64,000 nucleotides of DNA, taken from Dehalococcoidia bacterium. GTDB taxonomy: Bacteria > Chloroflexota > Dehalococcoidia > Lucifugimonadales > JADFKI01. A program made the position numbers and the translations under genes. Within the stretch, counting starts at the first letter, position 1. Each line of letters starts with the position of its first letter. The DNA is taken from positions 1,699,975 to 1,763,974 of the forward strand of contig CBDBDI010000003.1 in the NCBI GenBank assembly GCA_965203895.1, given 5' to 3'. Under the pieces are notes generated by a model. It was not told the DNA's origin, searched no databases, and saw nothing but the letters and a program-made list of their open reading frames with translations. This document shows positions 40,443-48,851 of the stretch, piece after piece.

Positions 40443-40470
40443 TTCTGCGTCAAATGTTTTGCGATATACT
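40443..40470 (+). promoter_or_regulatory. candidate promoter for the tRNA-like gene
   Basis: TATACT at 40465-40470 ends 5 nt before the first acceptor nucleotide. The -35 is weak (TTCTGC, 16-nt spacer). Confidence 0.3.
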
Positions 40471-40475
40471 TGTCT

Positions 40476-40572
40476 GCGGGAGGTAGCCTCCGCATGGCGC
40501 GGAGCCATAGCTGATACCTATGTGGACGCTAGCTGAACCTAGCGTTGCGGTTCGATTCCGCTGCCTCCCGCT
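40476..40572 (+). tRNA. non-canonical long-variable-arm tRNA-like gene, anticodon loop CUGAUAC (GAU)
   Basis: Canonical GGTTCGATTCC T-loop. The hand fold gives a 9-10-bp acceptor helix, 6-bp D stem, 5-bp anticodon stem with a 7-nt loop, 7-8-bp variable arm and only a 4-bp T stem. CCA is not encoded. Confidence 0.6.
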
Positions 40573-40777
40573 GTACCACAACCTTGCTTAAAACCCTTAC
40601 GCAGTGAAAGGTTCAACGCGGTAAAAGGTTCATAAGCATTTTAGTTACGCCCCCTAACGCCTGTCAAGGGGGTTGTTCGATAACTTATGGAATACGCCAA
40701 CAAGCCCCTGTGCTATAATTTCGCGGGGCAGTTGGCGGCAGTGAACGGCGGTTGAACGCAGCATACGGAGGCGTTGG

Positions 40778-41491
40778 ATGGCGGACGCGGGACGCAGGCA
40801 GATTGTGAAGTACACATTCTTTAAGGCGGCGGCGGAGTGGCGGCGGCTCGATCCGGTCGAGCGCGATATGCACAGGCGGGAGTTCGCGGCGGCGGTCTGG
40901 GACATATCGGAGCGAATGTTCACGCGTTGCTTCAGCCTGATAGGGCTGCGCGGCGACGCCGATTTCCTGCTGTGGCAGGCGGCGGACACGCCGGAAGAGA
41001 TACAAGACGCGGCGGCGCAGCTTTGGTCGACGCGGCTGGGCGGCTATCTGACCACGCCGCATTCGTATCTTGCGATGACGCGGCGGTCGCAGTATGTCGG
41101 CGCTCACACGCACGCTGGGCAGGAAGGCACGGGGACGCGCCTGAAGCCGGGCAAGGCGGAATACTTCATCGTGTATCCGTTTCTGAAGACGCGCGAATGG
41201 TATCTGCTGCCCCAAGAAGAGCGCCAACGGATGATGAACGCCCACTTCGCGGTCGGGCATAAGTATCCGTCGGTGAAGATCAACACCACCTACTCATTCG
41301 GGTTGGACGACCAGGAGTTCGTGGTGGGGTTTGAGACGGACAGCCCGTCGGATTTCGTGGATTTGGTGATGGACTTGCGCGGCGTTGAGGGCAGCCTGTA
41401 CACGCTGCGGGACACGCCGATATTCACGGGCATTCACCGCAGCATCGAGGATACGCTCGCCGCGCTCGGCGGGTATGATGGGCAGCGATAG
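40778..41491 (+). CDS. hemQ: chlorite-dismutase-family protein, coproheme decarboxylase-like (HemQ/ChdC)
   Basis: YTFFK...FIVYPFLKTREWYLLPQEERQRMMNAHFAVGHKY...SFGLDDQEFVVGFETD. Confidence 0.8.
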   Translation: MADAGRRQIVKYTFFKAAAEWRRLDPVERDMHRREFAAAVWDISERMFTRCFSLIGLRGDADFLLWQAADTPEEIQDAAAQLWSTRLGGYLTTPHSYLAMTRRSQYVGAHTHAGQEGTGTRLKPGKAEYFIVYPFLKTREWYLLPQEERQRMMNAHFAVGHKYPSVKINTTYSFGLDDQEFVVGFETDSPSDFVDLVMDLRGVEGSLYTLRDTPIFTGIHRSIEDTLAALGGYDGQR

Positions 41492-41581
41492 CGGCGGCTC
41501 GATCCGATATAGGCATAGACGGATATAGCGCCGTATCAGCCTTAAAGGCATAGGCGGGCATAGACGCCGCAGCGGATAAGC

Positions 41582-41612
41582 GCCCCCCGCTTTCGGCCGG
41601 ATAGCGGGGGGC
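41582..41612. terminator. bidirectional hairpin between convergent hemQ and the aminotransferase
   Basis: GCCCCCCGCT-N11-AGCGGGGGGC, a perfect 10-bp stem. Confidence 0.5.
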
Positions 41613-41708
41613 TTGCCGTTAGCGGCATATCTTATGCGCGGGGCTTAGCGCGTGGTGCGTTGTATGCAAGCGCATTAGCATATCGGCGCATCATACGCGC
41701 GCCGTGCG

Positions 41709-43073
41709 TTAGAGTTGCGCTTCCAGCTTGGTTATGACGCTGTCGACCTGCGCTACCACATGGTCGACTTCGTCTTTCGTGATGCAGAGCGGCGGCGAAA
41801 GGTAGATGCTGTTGCCGGGTCTGCCCAAGAGGCGATGCTCGTTCATCAGCGGCGCTATCTTGTCCGAAAGCTTGGCTTCCGCGGGGAACGATTCCTTAGT
41901 ATCGCGGTCTTTCACCAGTTCCACGGCGCAGAGCAAGCCCATGCCGCCGCGCACATCGCCCACGATGGGATGCTCGTAGAGCGTTTGGAGTTGGTCGTGC
42001 ATGTACGCGCCCATTTCGGCGGAGTTGTCCACCATGCCTTCGCCTTCCATAATGTCCAGGTTGGCGATGGCGGCGGCGCAGGCGACGGGGTTGCCGCCGA
42101 AGGTGATGAGATGGCGGAATGTGGCGTCTTCGCCGATGAATGCGTCTGACACCTTCTTGCTGGCGATAGCGGCGCCGATGGGAATGTAGCCGCTGGTGAG
42201 CGCCTTGGCGACGGTGAAGATGTCGGGCTTAATGCCCCAGTGTTCGGTGGCGAACATCTTGCCGGTGCGCCCGAAGCCGGTTATGACTTCGTCGCATATC
42301 ATAATCACGCCGTACTTGTCGCATATTTCGCGGATGGTGGGCCAGTATTCGGGATGCGGTATGTGAATGCCGGCCGCGGCGGATATGGGCTCGCCGATGA
42401 ACGCCGCCACAGTGGAAGGGCCTTCGTGCTTTACTGCGATTTCCAGATCGCGGGCGCACTGCAGGTTGCAGCCGCCGTTGTCGCTGCAGTATGCGCAGCG
42501 ATACGCGTCCGGCTGCGCGATGTGGATGTTGCCGGGCATTAGCGGGCCGAAGTGGATGGGCGCGCCCACGCCTCCGCCGCCGAGGCTCATGCAGGCGTGC
42601 GTTGCGCCGTGATACGAGCCGCGCCTGCTGATGACCTTGTAGCGCGTGGGTTCGCCGTTGTTCTTGTGATACTGCTTCGCCATCTTGATAGCCGTCTCTA
42701 CGGCTTCGGAGCCGCCGCTGACGAAGTAGGTTCGCGCCTCTTTGTCCGGCGCTAGGCTTGCGATTTTGGCGGATATGCGCGCGGTAACGGGACTGACGGT
42801 GCCGCCGGGCGTGTAGCTAATGTCTTGCATTTGGGCGTACACGGCGTCCGCGACCTCCGTGCGCCCGTGCCCGATGTTCTTGAGCCACATGCCCGCCATA
42901 GTGTCGAACCACTGCTCGCCGTCCACGTCCTCGACCCAAACGCCCTTGCCGCTCTGTACAAGCTTAACGCCCTCGTCGCCGATATTGCCGGCGGCGTTGT
43001 TGTGCGGCCAAAAGTGGTCTGACGCCTGCTGCTTCAGTTCTTCGATCTGCTCGCCGGTCAGTCTAGTAGCCAT
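41709..43073 (-). CDS. class-III (omega) pyridoxal-phosphate aminotransferase
   Basis: FVSGGSEAVETAIKMA, DEVITGFGRTGKMF, TVAKALTSGY (PLP Lys). ATG 43073 follows GGGAGGG. Confidence 0.9.
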   Translation of the reverse strand: MATRLTGEQIEELKQQASDHFWPHNNAAGNIGDEGVKLVQSGKGVWVEDVDGEQWFDTMAGMWLKNIGHGRTEVADAVYAQMQDISYTPGGTVSPVTARISAKIASLAPDKEARTYFVSGGSEAVETAIKMAKQYHKNNGEPTRYKVISRRGSYHGATHACMSLGGGGVGAPIHFGPLMPGNIHIAQPDAYRCAYCSDNGGCNLQCARDLEIAVKHEGPSTVAAFIGEPISAAAGIHIPHPEYWPTIREICDKYGVIMICDEVITGFGRTGKMFATEHWGIKPDIFTVAKALTSGYIPIGAAIASKKVSDAFIGEDATFRHLITFGGNPVACAAAIANLDIMEGEGMVDNSAEMGAYMHDQLQTLYEHPIVGDVRGGMGLLCAVELVKDRDTKESFPAEAKLSDKIAPLMNEHRLLGRPGNSIYLSPPLCITKDEVDHVVAQVDSVITKLEAQL

Positions 43074-43160
43074 ATCGGTATCCCTCCCGTGATGCTGCGG
43101 CAAGACGCCGCGCTATGCCAATGTCAGGTTCGCTAACGCATAGTATCATCAATATGGTTT

Positions 43161-43226
43161 TTAGCGCAAAGGCGTGTTTGGCGGGAGGATTTTAGCGCAA
43201 AGGCGCAGGGGGCGCAATGAGGGTAA
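43161..43226 (+). repeat. two adjacent copies (one partial) of the GCGCAAAGG intergenic motif
   Basis: ttagcgcaaaggcg at 43161-74 and ttagcgcaaaggcgcagggggcgcaatgagggtaag at 43192-43226. Confidence 0.6.
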
Positions 43227-43297
43227 GATTTAATAGGGATAAGTGATGTGGATAACCGTTTTATGCCTGACAGTGGTGTGGGCATGGGTTATACTCA

Positions 43298-44707
43298 ATG
43301 GCGATGGTCAAGTCTTTACGCCCACCGCGCCGTTTTCCGCGTCCGCGCATATATGCCGGCTGGTGGGTTATTTCTGCGCCGTTTCTGGCGGCGATGCTGA
43401 CGGTTGGGGCGGGTCAGTACGCTTTCGGGCAGTTTGTAGCGCCGTTGGAGGATTCATTCGGTTGGAGTAGGACGCAGATAAATTTGTCGCTGTCGTTCAC
43501 GGCGGTGGGGAGCATGATCGCGCCGCTGCTTGGGTGGATAATGGACAGGCGGGGCGTGCGCGGGATAATGACGGCGTCTATGCTGCTGATTGCGGTGAGT
43601 TATCTGCTGCGTCCGCTTATGAGCGAGCTTTGGCATTGGTATGCGCTGAGTTTGCTTCAGTACGCCGGTTATGCGGGGGCGTCGATATTGCCGGCGGGTC
43701 GGCTGGTGGGGATATGGTTTCAGGAAAAGCGCGGGCGGGTGATGGGCATAACGCTGATGGGGAACAACGCCGGCGGGTTCGCTTTTCCACTGCTGACAAC
43801 GGCGGCGCTTGGGGCAGCATGGAATTGGGGCGGCGTTAGTCTTGCGCCGTGGGCGGGCGGTTATCTGATATTCGGGGCGATAGGGCTTGCGCTGACGGTG
43901 TACACGCTGGCGGTGGTGCGCGAGTTTCCGACGGCCCAGGGCGGGGGCGGATCGGCGGACGCGCGGGGGCCGGCGCTGACGGGATGGTCGCTTGGGGAGG
44001 CGCTGCGGGCAAAGGCGTTCTACGCGACTACGGCGGCGGTGGTGATGGGGACATTCACATACAGCGCGGTGCTGCCGCAGATATTCAATCATTTGGACGC
44101 AGAGGGGGTGTCGGTCGCCACGGCGGGGTATGCGTTGAGTTCGGTGGCGATATGCGGGATGAGCGGCAAGTTCGTGATGGGGCTGCTGGCGGAGCGGATA
44201 ACGGCGCGTTATGCGCTGATGATCGACTTGGCGGGGCAGGCGACGTTTTTGCTGCTGCTGACGCATTTCGCGGGGTCGTCGGCGTTCTTTTTGTGGTTGT
44301 TCGTGCCGCTGTTCGGCTTCTTTTTGGGGGCATTCGGGGCGCTGTTTCCGTTGATGGTGCAGGATGCCTTCGGGATACGGCGGTACGGCAGCATAATGGG
44401 GGTGGTGAATATGGCGACGGCGGTTTCGTTTTTTGGCGGGCCGTTGCTGGCGGGGTTGTCGTTTGACTTGACGGGGAGCTACCGCATCGCTTTCGTGGCA
44501 GTGGCGGCGCTGTTTTATACGGCGGCGCTGACGCTGACGCAGGCGGGGGAGGGTAGGGACGGCGTGGGTGTTCGCGATGTGGCGGGGAGGGTTCTTCGGG
44601 TATTTTTCGAGGCAACACGGGACGTTCTAATAGTAGTGGGGCGCATTCTCCGGGGCATTTTGAGAGCAACGCGGCGCATTCTCAAAATTGGGCGCATAAT
44701 TCGCTGA
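43298..44707 (+). CDS. MFS transporter (oxalate/formate-antiporter-like)
   Basis: 12-TM-like profile, e.g. GWIMDRRGVRG between TM2 and TM3. The last ~45 codons (Arg-rich ...RILRGILRATRRILKIGRIIR) are encoded by repeat DNA, so the true C-terminus is uncertain. Confidence 0.8.
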   Translation: MAMVKSLRPPRRFPRPRIYAGWWVISAPFLAAMLTVGAGQYAFGQFVAPLEDSFGWSRTQINLSLSFTAVGSMIAPLLGWIMDRRGVRGIMTASMLLIAVSYLLRPLMSELWHWYALSLLQYAGYAGASILPAGRLVGIWFQEKRGRVMGITLMGNNAGGFAFPLLTTAALGAAWNWGGVSLAPWAGGYLIFGAIGLALTVYTLAVVREFPTAQGGGGSADARGPALTGWSLGEALRAKAFYATTAAVVMGTFTYSAVLPQIFNHLDAEGVSVATAGYALSSVAICGMSGKFVMGLLAERITARYALMIDLAGQATFLLLLTHFAGSSAFFLWLFVPLFGFFLGAFGALFPLMVQDAFGIRRYGSIMGVVNMATAVSFFGGPLLAGLSFDLTGSYRIAFVAVAALFYTAALTLTQAGEGRDGVGVRDVAGRVLRVFFEATRDVLIVVGRILRGILRATRRILKIGRIIR

Positions 44708-45080
44708 GTGTCCGCGGGCGCAAGGGGTTCGTTATGGTTTTAGATTGATAAGCGGCGCAAGGTTAGGATGCCGGGCGTGGGGCGGTCTTAAAATTGGGCG
44801 CTTAACCCGCTGAGTAGCCGTGTTGGGCGCAAGGGGTTCGTGATGGTTTCGGTTTGATAAGCGGCGCAAGGTTAGGATGCGCGGTGTGGGGCGTCTTAAA
44901 ATTGGGCGCATGACACGCTGAGTAGCCGTGTTGGGCGCATGATTCGTTAAATGGCCGTTGGCGCAAGGGGTTCGTGATGGTTTTAGATGGATGGGCGCTG
45001 CGGGGCCTGGGATGATTAGCGCGTCTTTTAATTGACCTGGCAGGGCGATAAGGGTAAAATTGTGGGGCGCATATGAAGGC
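44681..45080 (+). repeat. tandem array, 3 to 4 units of ~106-130 bp
   Basis: Units start at 44681, 44787, 44895 and (degenerate) 45025. Each is CT[CT]AAAATTGGGCGC...CTGAGT.GCCG...GGGCGCAAGGGGTTCGT.ATGGTTT...GATAAGCGGCGCAAGGTTAGGATGC...GTGGGGCG. Confidence 0.85.
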
Positions 45081-45179
45081 TGCGGCGGGCTAGGCATACG
45101 GGGCGGTTCGCCGAAAGCAGCGTTGCCACATATCATTGAATATCCGCTAATCGGACGCCGTTTCAAAGGAGGGGAGTGA

Positions 45180-45434
45180 ATGGACTCAAGCTTCTTTAGG
45201 AAGATAGAGAAGGCGAAGGACTACTCGGTGCAAGAGGGGCGGGTTGTCCTGATGCAGTGTCAGGCTACTTTTCGGGGGGATAATTCCGATCACGAGATTT
45301 CCTATGAGGGGGGCAAGTGGAGCTGCAACTGCCATTACTTTGCGAAGTACGGCACATGCAGCCATACGATGGCGATGGAGATGATGCTGCGGAGCATGGT
45401 GGGGGAGACGGCGGGGGTTGGGGAGCGGGTGTAG
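45180..45434 (+). CDS. small SWIM-type zinc-finger protein
   Basis: WSCNCHYFAKYGTCSHTMAM matches CxCx(n)CxH. 84 aa. RBS AAGGAGGGGAG. Confidence 0.55.
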   Translation: MDSSFFRKIEKAKDYSVQEGRVVLMQCQATFRGDNSDHEISYEGGKWSCNCHYFAKYGTCSHTMAMEMMLRSMVGETAGVGERV

Positions 45435-45612
45435 GCTTCTGTTCGGCATAAGCGGCGGGACAATCTTGGATAAAACGGCGTGCGCGTGCGCGCCCGGCAT
45501 AGCGATAGCGCGGCATTGGCGGCGGGCGGGTTTGCGCTTGCGGCAGGGCGATGGCGTATAGCGCGGCGCAGTCAACATAGATATTGCAATCATATTGCAT
45601 AACGCAATCAGA

Positions 45613-45653
45613 AAGCCCTCCGTCGAATGGCGCCGGCGGGGGCTTGTTTTGTT
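45613..45653 (+). terminator. intrinsic-terminator-like hairpin plus T-run
   Basis: AAGCCCTC-N17-GGGGGCTT followed by GTTTTGTT. Confidence 0.5.
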
Positions 45654-45735
45654 CGAGTTGGGGATGCCCGACGTCCATGAATAAGGCATGGGCTAAAATT
45701 GCGTAAAGGCGCTTTGTTATCGTATCTTTGAGTGT

Positions 45736-47214
45736 ATGGACAATGACTTTTCGCTGCTGCTGCCTGAGTTTATGGTTACGGGACTGGCGTTTGTAGTTCT
45801 GACGCTGGATCTGTTTCTGGCGGAGCGCCGCAAGTGGTTGCTGCCGTATGTGGCGCTGGCGGGGTTGGCGGTGGCATTCTCGTTTTCGCTGGCGTTTTTG
45901 TGGGACACGGACGCAACGCTGTACGACGGCGTTATACGCATAGACGGGTATGCGCTGTTCTTCAAGGCGTTCTTCATAGCGCTGGGCGGCGCTGTGATAC
46001 TGGCGTCGATAGATTTTGTACGGCGCAACCTGGATCATCCGGGCGAATACTACGGCATCCTGCTGTTCACGGTGGCGGCGATGATGCTGATGGCGGCGTC
46101 GGGCGAGTTGCTGACGGCGTACATATCGCTGGAGTTGCTGAGTTTCGGTCTTTATGTGCTGGTGGGATATGACCGCTACAACGCCAAGTCCAATGAGGGC
46201 GCTACCAAGTACATCTTGCTGGGGGCGTTCTCATCGGCGCTGCTTCTGTACGGGATAAGCCAAGTGTATGGACTGCTGGGGACTACGCGCTTCGATGAGA
46301 TTAACGCGGCGCTGGCGGCCGGGGACGGGCTCAGCGCGGGGCTGATACTGGGCATTGCGCTGATAGTGGCGGGCTTAGGGTTCAAGGTGGCGGCGGTTCC
46401 GTTTCATATGTGGGCGCCGGACGCTTATGAGGGCGCGCCAATACCGATTACGGCCCATCTTGCGGTGAGCTCCAAGGCGGCGGCGTTTGCGCTTGCGCTG
46501 CGGCTGTTCACAGAGGCGTTTATGCCGATAGCGGAGCAATGGCAGACGCTGCTGATAGCGCTGGCGGTGATTACGATGCTGCTGGGCAATCTGGTGGCGT
46601 TGGCGCAGCGCAACCTAAAGCGGCTGCTGGCGTACTCGAGCGTGGGGCAGGTGGGCTTTCTGCTGATGGGCGTTGCGGCACTTACGGCGCGCGGCGGCGA
46701 ATCGGCGGGGCTTTCGCACTTGGCGTCCAACGGCGTGATGCTGCATCTGGTCTCATACGCCGTAACGAATATGGCGGCTTTCCTCTGCATCGCGGCTATC
46801 TACAATATGACGGGGCGGGACGATATAGCGGGAATGGCGGGCGTCGCCCGTCGCGCGCCGCTAGTGGGGTTGGCATTCGCGGCGTCGCTGTTTTCGCTTG
46901 CGGGACTGCCGGTATTCGCGGGGTTCACCAGCAAGTTCTACCTGTTCAACGCGGCGGCGGCGCAAGGCTTTCTGTGGGCTGCGGGCGTCGCGATATTCGC
47001 CAGCCTGATTTCGCTGTACTACTATCTTATGGTGGTGCGGCAGCTCTACATAGAGCCGGCGTCAGACGCCGCGCCGATAGCATCGCCGCGCCTGACGGTG
47101 GGGACGCTTGCGGCGCTGCTGGCGGGAATGGTGGCGCTGGGGGTGTATCCCGCGCCGCTGATGTGGGCGATACAGCACGCAAGCGATGCGCTGCTGGCGG
47201 GCGTGGGCAGTTAG
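45736..47214 (+). CDS. nuoN: NADH-quinone oxidoreductase subunit N-like antiporter-type subunit (stand-alone here)
   Basis: 14-TM profile with NuoN-type blocks (ISLELLSFGLYVLVG, KYILLGAFSSALLLYG, VPFHMWAPDAYEGAP, LLAYSSVGQVGF). Confidence 0.85.
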   Translation: MDNDFSLLLPEFMVTGLAFVVLTLDLFLAERRKWLLPYVALAGLAVAFSFSLAFLWDTDATLYDGVIRIDGYALFFKAFFIALGGAVILASIDFVRRNLDHPGEYYGILLFTVAAMMLMAASGELLTAYISLELLSFGLYVLVGYDRYNAKSNEGATKYILLGAFSSALLLYGISQVYGLLGTTRFDEINAALAAGDGLSAGLILGIALIVAGLGFKVAAVPFHMWAPDAYEGAPIPITAHLAVSSKAAAFALALRLFTEAFMPIAEQWQTLLIALAVITMLLGNLVALAQRNLKRLLAYSSVGQVGFLLMGVAALTARGGESAGLSHLASNGVMLHLVSYAVTNMAAFLCIAAIYNMTGRDDIAGMAGVARRAPLVGLAFAASLFSLAGLPVFAGFTSKFYLFNAAAAQGFLWAAGVAIFASLISLYYYLMVVRQLYIEPASDAAPIASPRLTVGTLAALLAGMVALGVYPAPLMWAIQHASDALLAGVGS

Positions 47215-47235
47215 GGCTTGCGCCTAATCGCTTTC

Positions 47236-47274
47236 TAAACGCAAAGGCGCAGGGACGCAAAGAGGTAGGGTAGG
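47236..47274 (+). repeat. copy of the GCGCAAAGG intergenic motif
   Basis: taaacgcaaaggcgcagggacgcaaagaggtagggtagg, 22 nt after the nuoN stop. Confidence 0.6.
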
Positions 47275-47281
47275 ATAGCGG

Positions 47282-47488
47282 CTATCCGTTTCGCGCGGTC
47301 AGCGAATCTAGCAGCATGCGCGACGCGGCGGCGATGTCATCTACCGCGCGGTTGAACGCCTGCTCGTTGGCGCGCGATGGTTTGCGGTAGCCGCTTATCT
47401 TGCGGACGTACTGGAGCGCGGCGGCGCGCACATCCTCATCGGCGGTGGACGCGTCGGGCTGCCTCAGCGTTTTGATGCTTCTGCACAT
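47282..47488 (-). CDS. DUF2277 domain-containing protein
   Basis: MCRSIKTLRQPD...DEDVRAAALQYVRKISGYRKPSRANEQAFNRAVDDIAAASRMLLDSL. AGGAG lies 9 nt upstream of ATG 47488. Confidence 0.75.
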   Translation of the reverse strand: MCRSIKTLRQPDASTADEDVRAAALQYVRKISGYRKPSRANEQAFNRAVDDIAAASRMLLDSLTARNG

Positions 47489-47763
47489 TGGGGGCATCTC
47501 CTATGGTGGCTTGGCATTGGCGCATTGCCGGGCGGTTGTCTGCATATCGGCATTGCGTTTGTGATGGCTGCCTTGCGTCGATTAAAGGCGTATCCGTGAT
47601 TGCTTGACACATTAGACACATTAGCATACATAGAGGCGGCGCGCAGGCGTGGAATGCGCTATAATCACGCCGTCGGCAGCGCGCGGCTATTGGGCGACGC
47701 ATTGCCCAACCGACGCGCAATATACACAAGCGGCATACAAGCATATGCGGGAGGTTCAGCATT

Positions 47764-48693
47764 ATGACTACTGCCACTCGAAGCGTTCCCACCAAATCCG
47801 AGGTGATGGCGTATCTGAGCGAGCGGCGCAACTGGGGGCGCTGGGGTGATAAGGGATCCGCGGGCGCTATGAACCTGATTGACGACGCAAAGCGGTTGAG
47901 CGCCGTGGGGCTTGTGGAGAAGGGGCGCATGGTTTCGCTTAGCCGCCCGTTTCCGGTTACGCCCACGGCTGAGAATCCGCGCCCGGCGCAGCACTATATG
48001 CAGGTATGGGAACGGCCGGGCAACTCCGGCGCGGCGGTTGACTACTACGGGCTGATATATCACGGCACGGCGACTACGCACATAGACGCGCTGTGCCATG
48101 TGTGGGACGAAAACGGGATGTGGGACGGGCGCAAGCCGTCGGATACGCTGACTTTCGCGGGCGCTAACTACGGCAGCGTGGACGCATGGAGCGAGGGCAT
48201 TCTGACGCGCGGCGTATTGCTGGATGTGCCGCAGCACAGGGGCAAGCCGTATGTTACGGTGGATGAGCCGGTACACGGCTGGGAGCTTGAGGATATAGCG
48301 CGGGCGCAGGGCGTAACGCTGGAGCCGGGCGATGCGGTGATGGTGTACAGCGGGCGCGAGGCGTATGCGGCGGAACACGACGTCTGGGCGAATTCGGTAT
48401 CGGGCGAGCCGCGGCCGGGGCTGCACGCATCCTGCCTGCCGTTTGTGCGCGACTGCGATATGGCGATGCTGGGCTGGGATATGATGGACGCATCGCCGAA
48501 TGAGTACGACATAGGCTGGAGCGTTCACGGCGTCATATTCGCCTACGGCGTGGCGCTGCTGGACAATGCGCTGCTGGAGCCGCTGGCGGCGGCGTGCGCC
48601 GAAGAGGGGCGCTACGAATTCATGCTGAGCGTCAACCCGCTAAACGTGATAGGCGGGACGGGCTCGCCGGTGAACCCGATAGCGGTGTTCTGA
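47764..48693 (+). CDS. cyclase-family protein (kynurenine-formamidase-like fold)
   Basis: YHGTATTHIDALCHV (HxGTHxDxxxH-like metal site). 309 aa. Confidence 0.75.
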   Translation: MTTATRSVPTKSEVMAYLSERRNWGRWGDKGSAGAMNLIDDAKRLSAVGLVEKGRMVSLSRPFPVTPTAENPRPAQHYMQVWERPGNSGAAVDYYGLIYHGTATTHIDALCHVWDENGMWDGRKPSDTLTFAGANYGSVDAWSEGILTRGVLLDVPQHRGKPYVTVDEPVHGWELEDIARAQGVTLEPGDAVMVYSGREAYAAEHDVWANSVSGEPRPGLHASCLPFVRDCDMAMLGWDMMDASPNEYDIGWSVHGVIFAYGVALLDNALLEPLAAACAEEGRYEFMLSVNPLNVIGGTGSPVNPIAVF

Positions 48694-48851
48694 TGCGGGC
48701 GGATTGGCAGGCGGCGGGTGGTTCCCTTATCGGTGTTCTGATGCGAACATTTTGACAATGGCGCAGAAATGCGCTAGGCTAGGCGCACAGATAAAGGTTC
48801 CAATATCCGAATTCATGGAGGGAGATCTTCCCTTAATAGAGGGGGGAGAAC

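Noticed and set aside
44681-45080. CRISPR array?
   Set aside because: The units are 106-130 bp and directly abut each other with no unique spacers. There is no palindromic 25-40-nt repeat and there are no cas genes in the window.
44732-45166. 144-aa minus-strand ORF inside the tandem repeats
   Set aside because: The periodic amino-acid repeats merely mirror the DNA repeat. There is no RBS or start context, and a + strand ORF of equal quality could be drawn.
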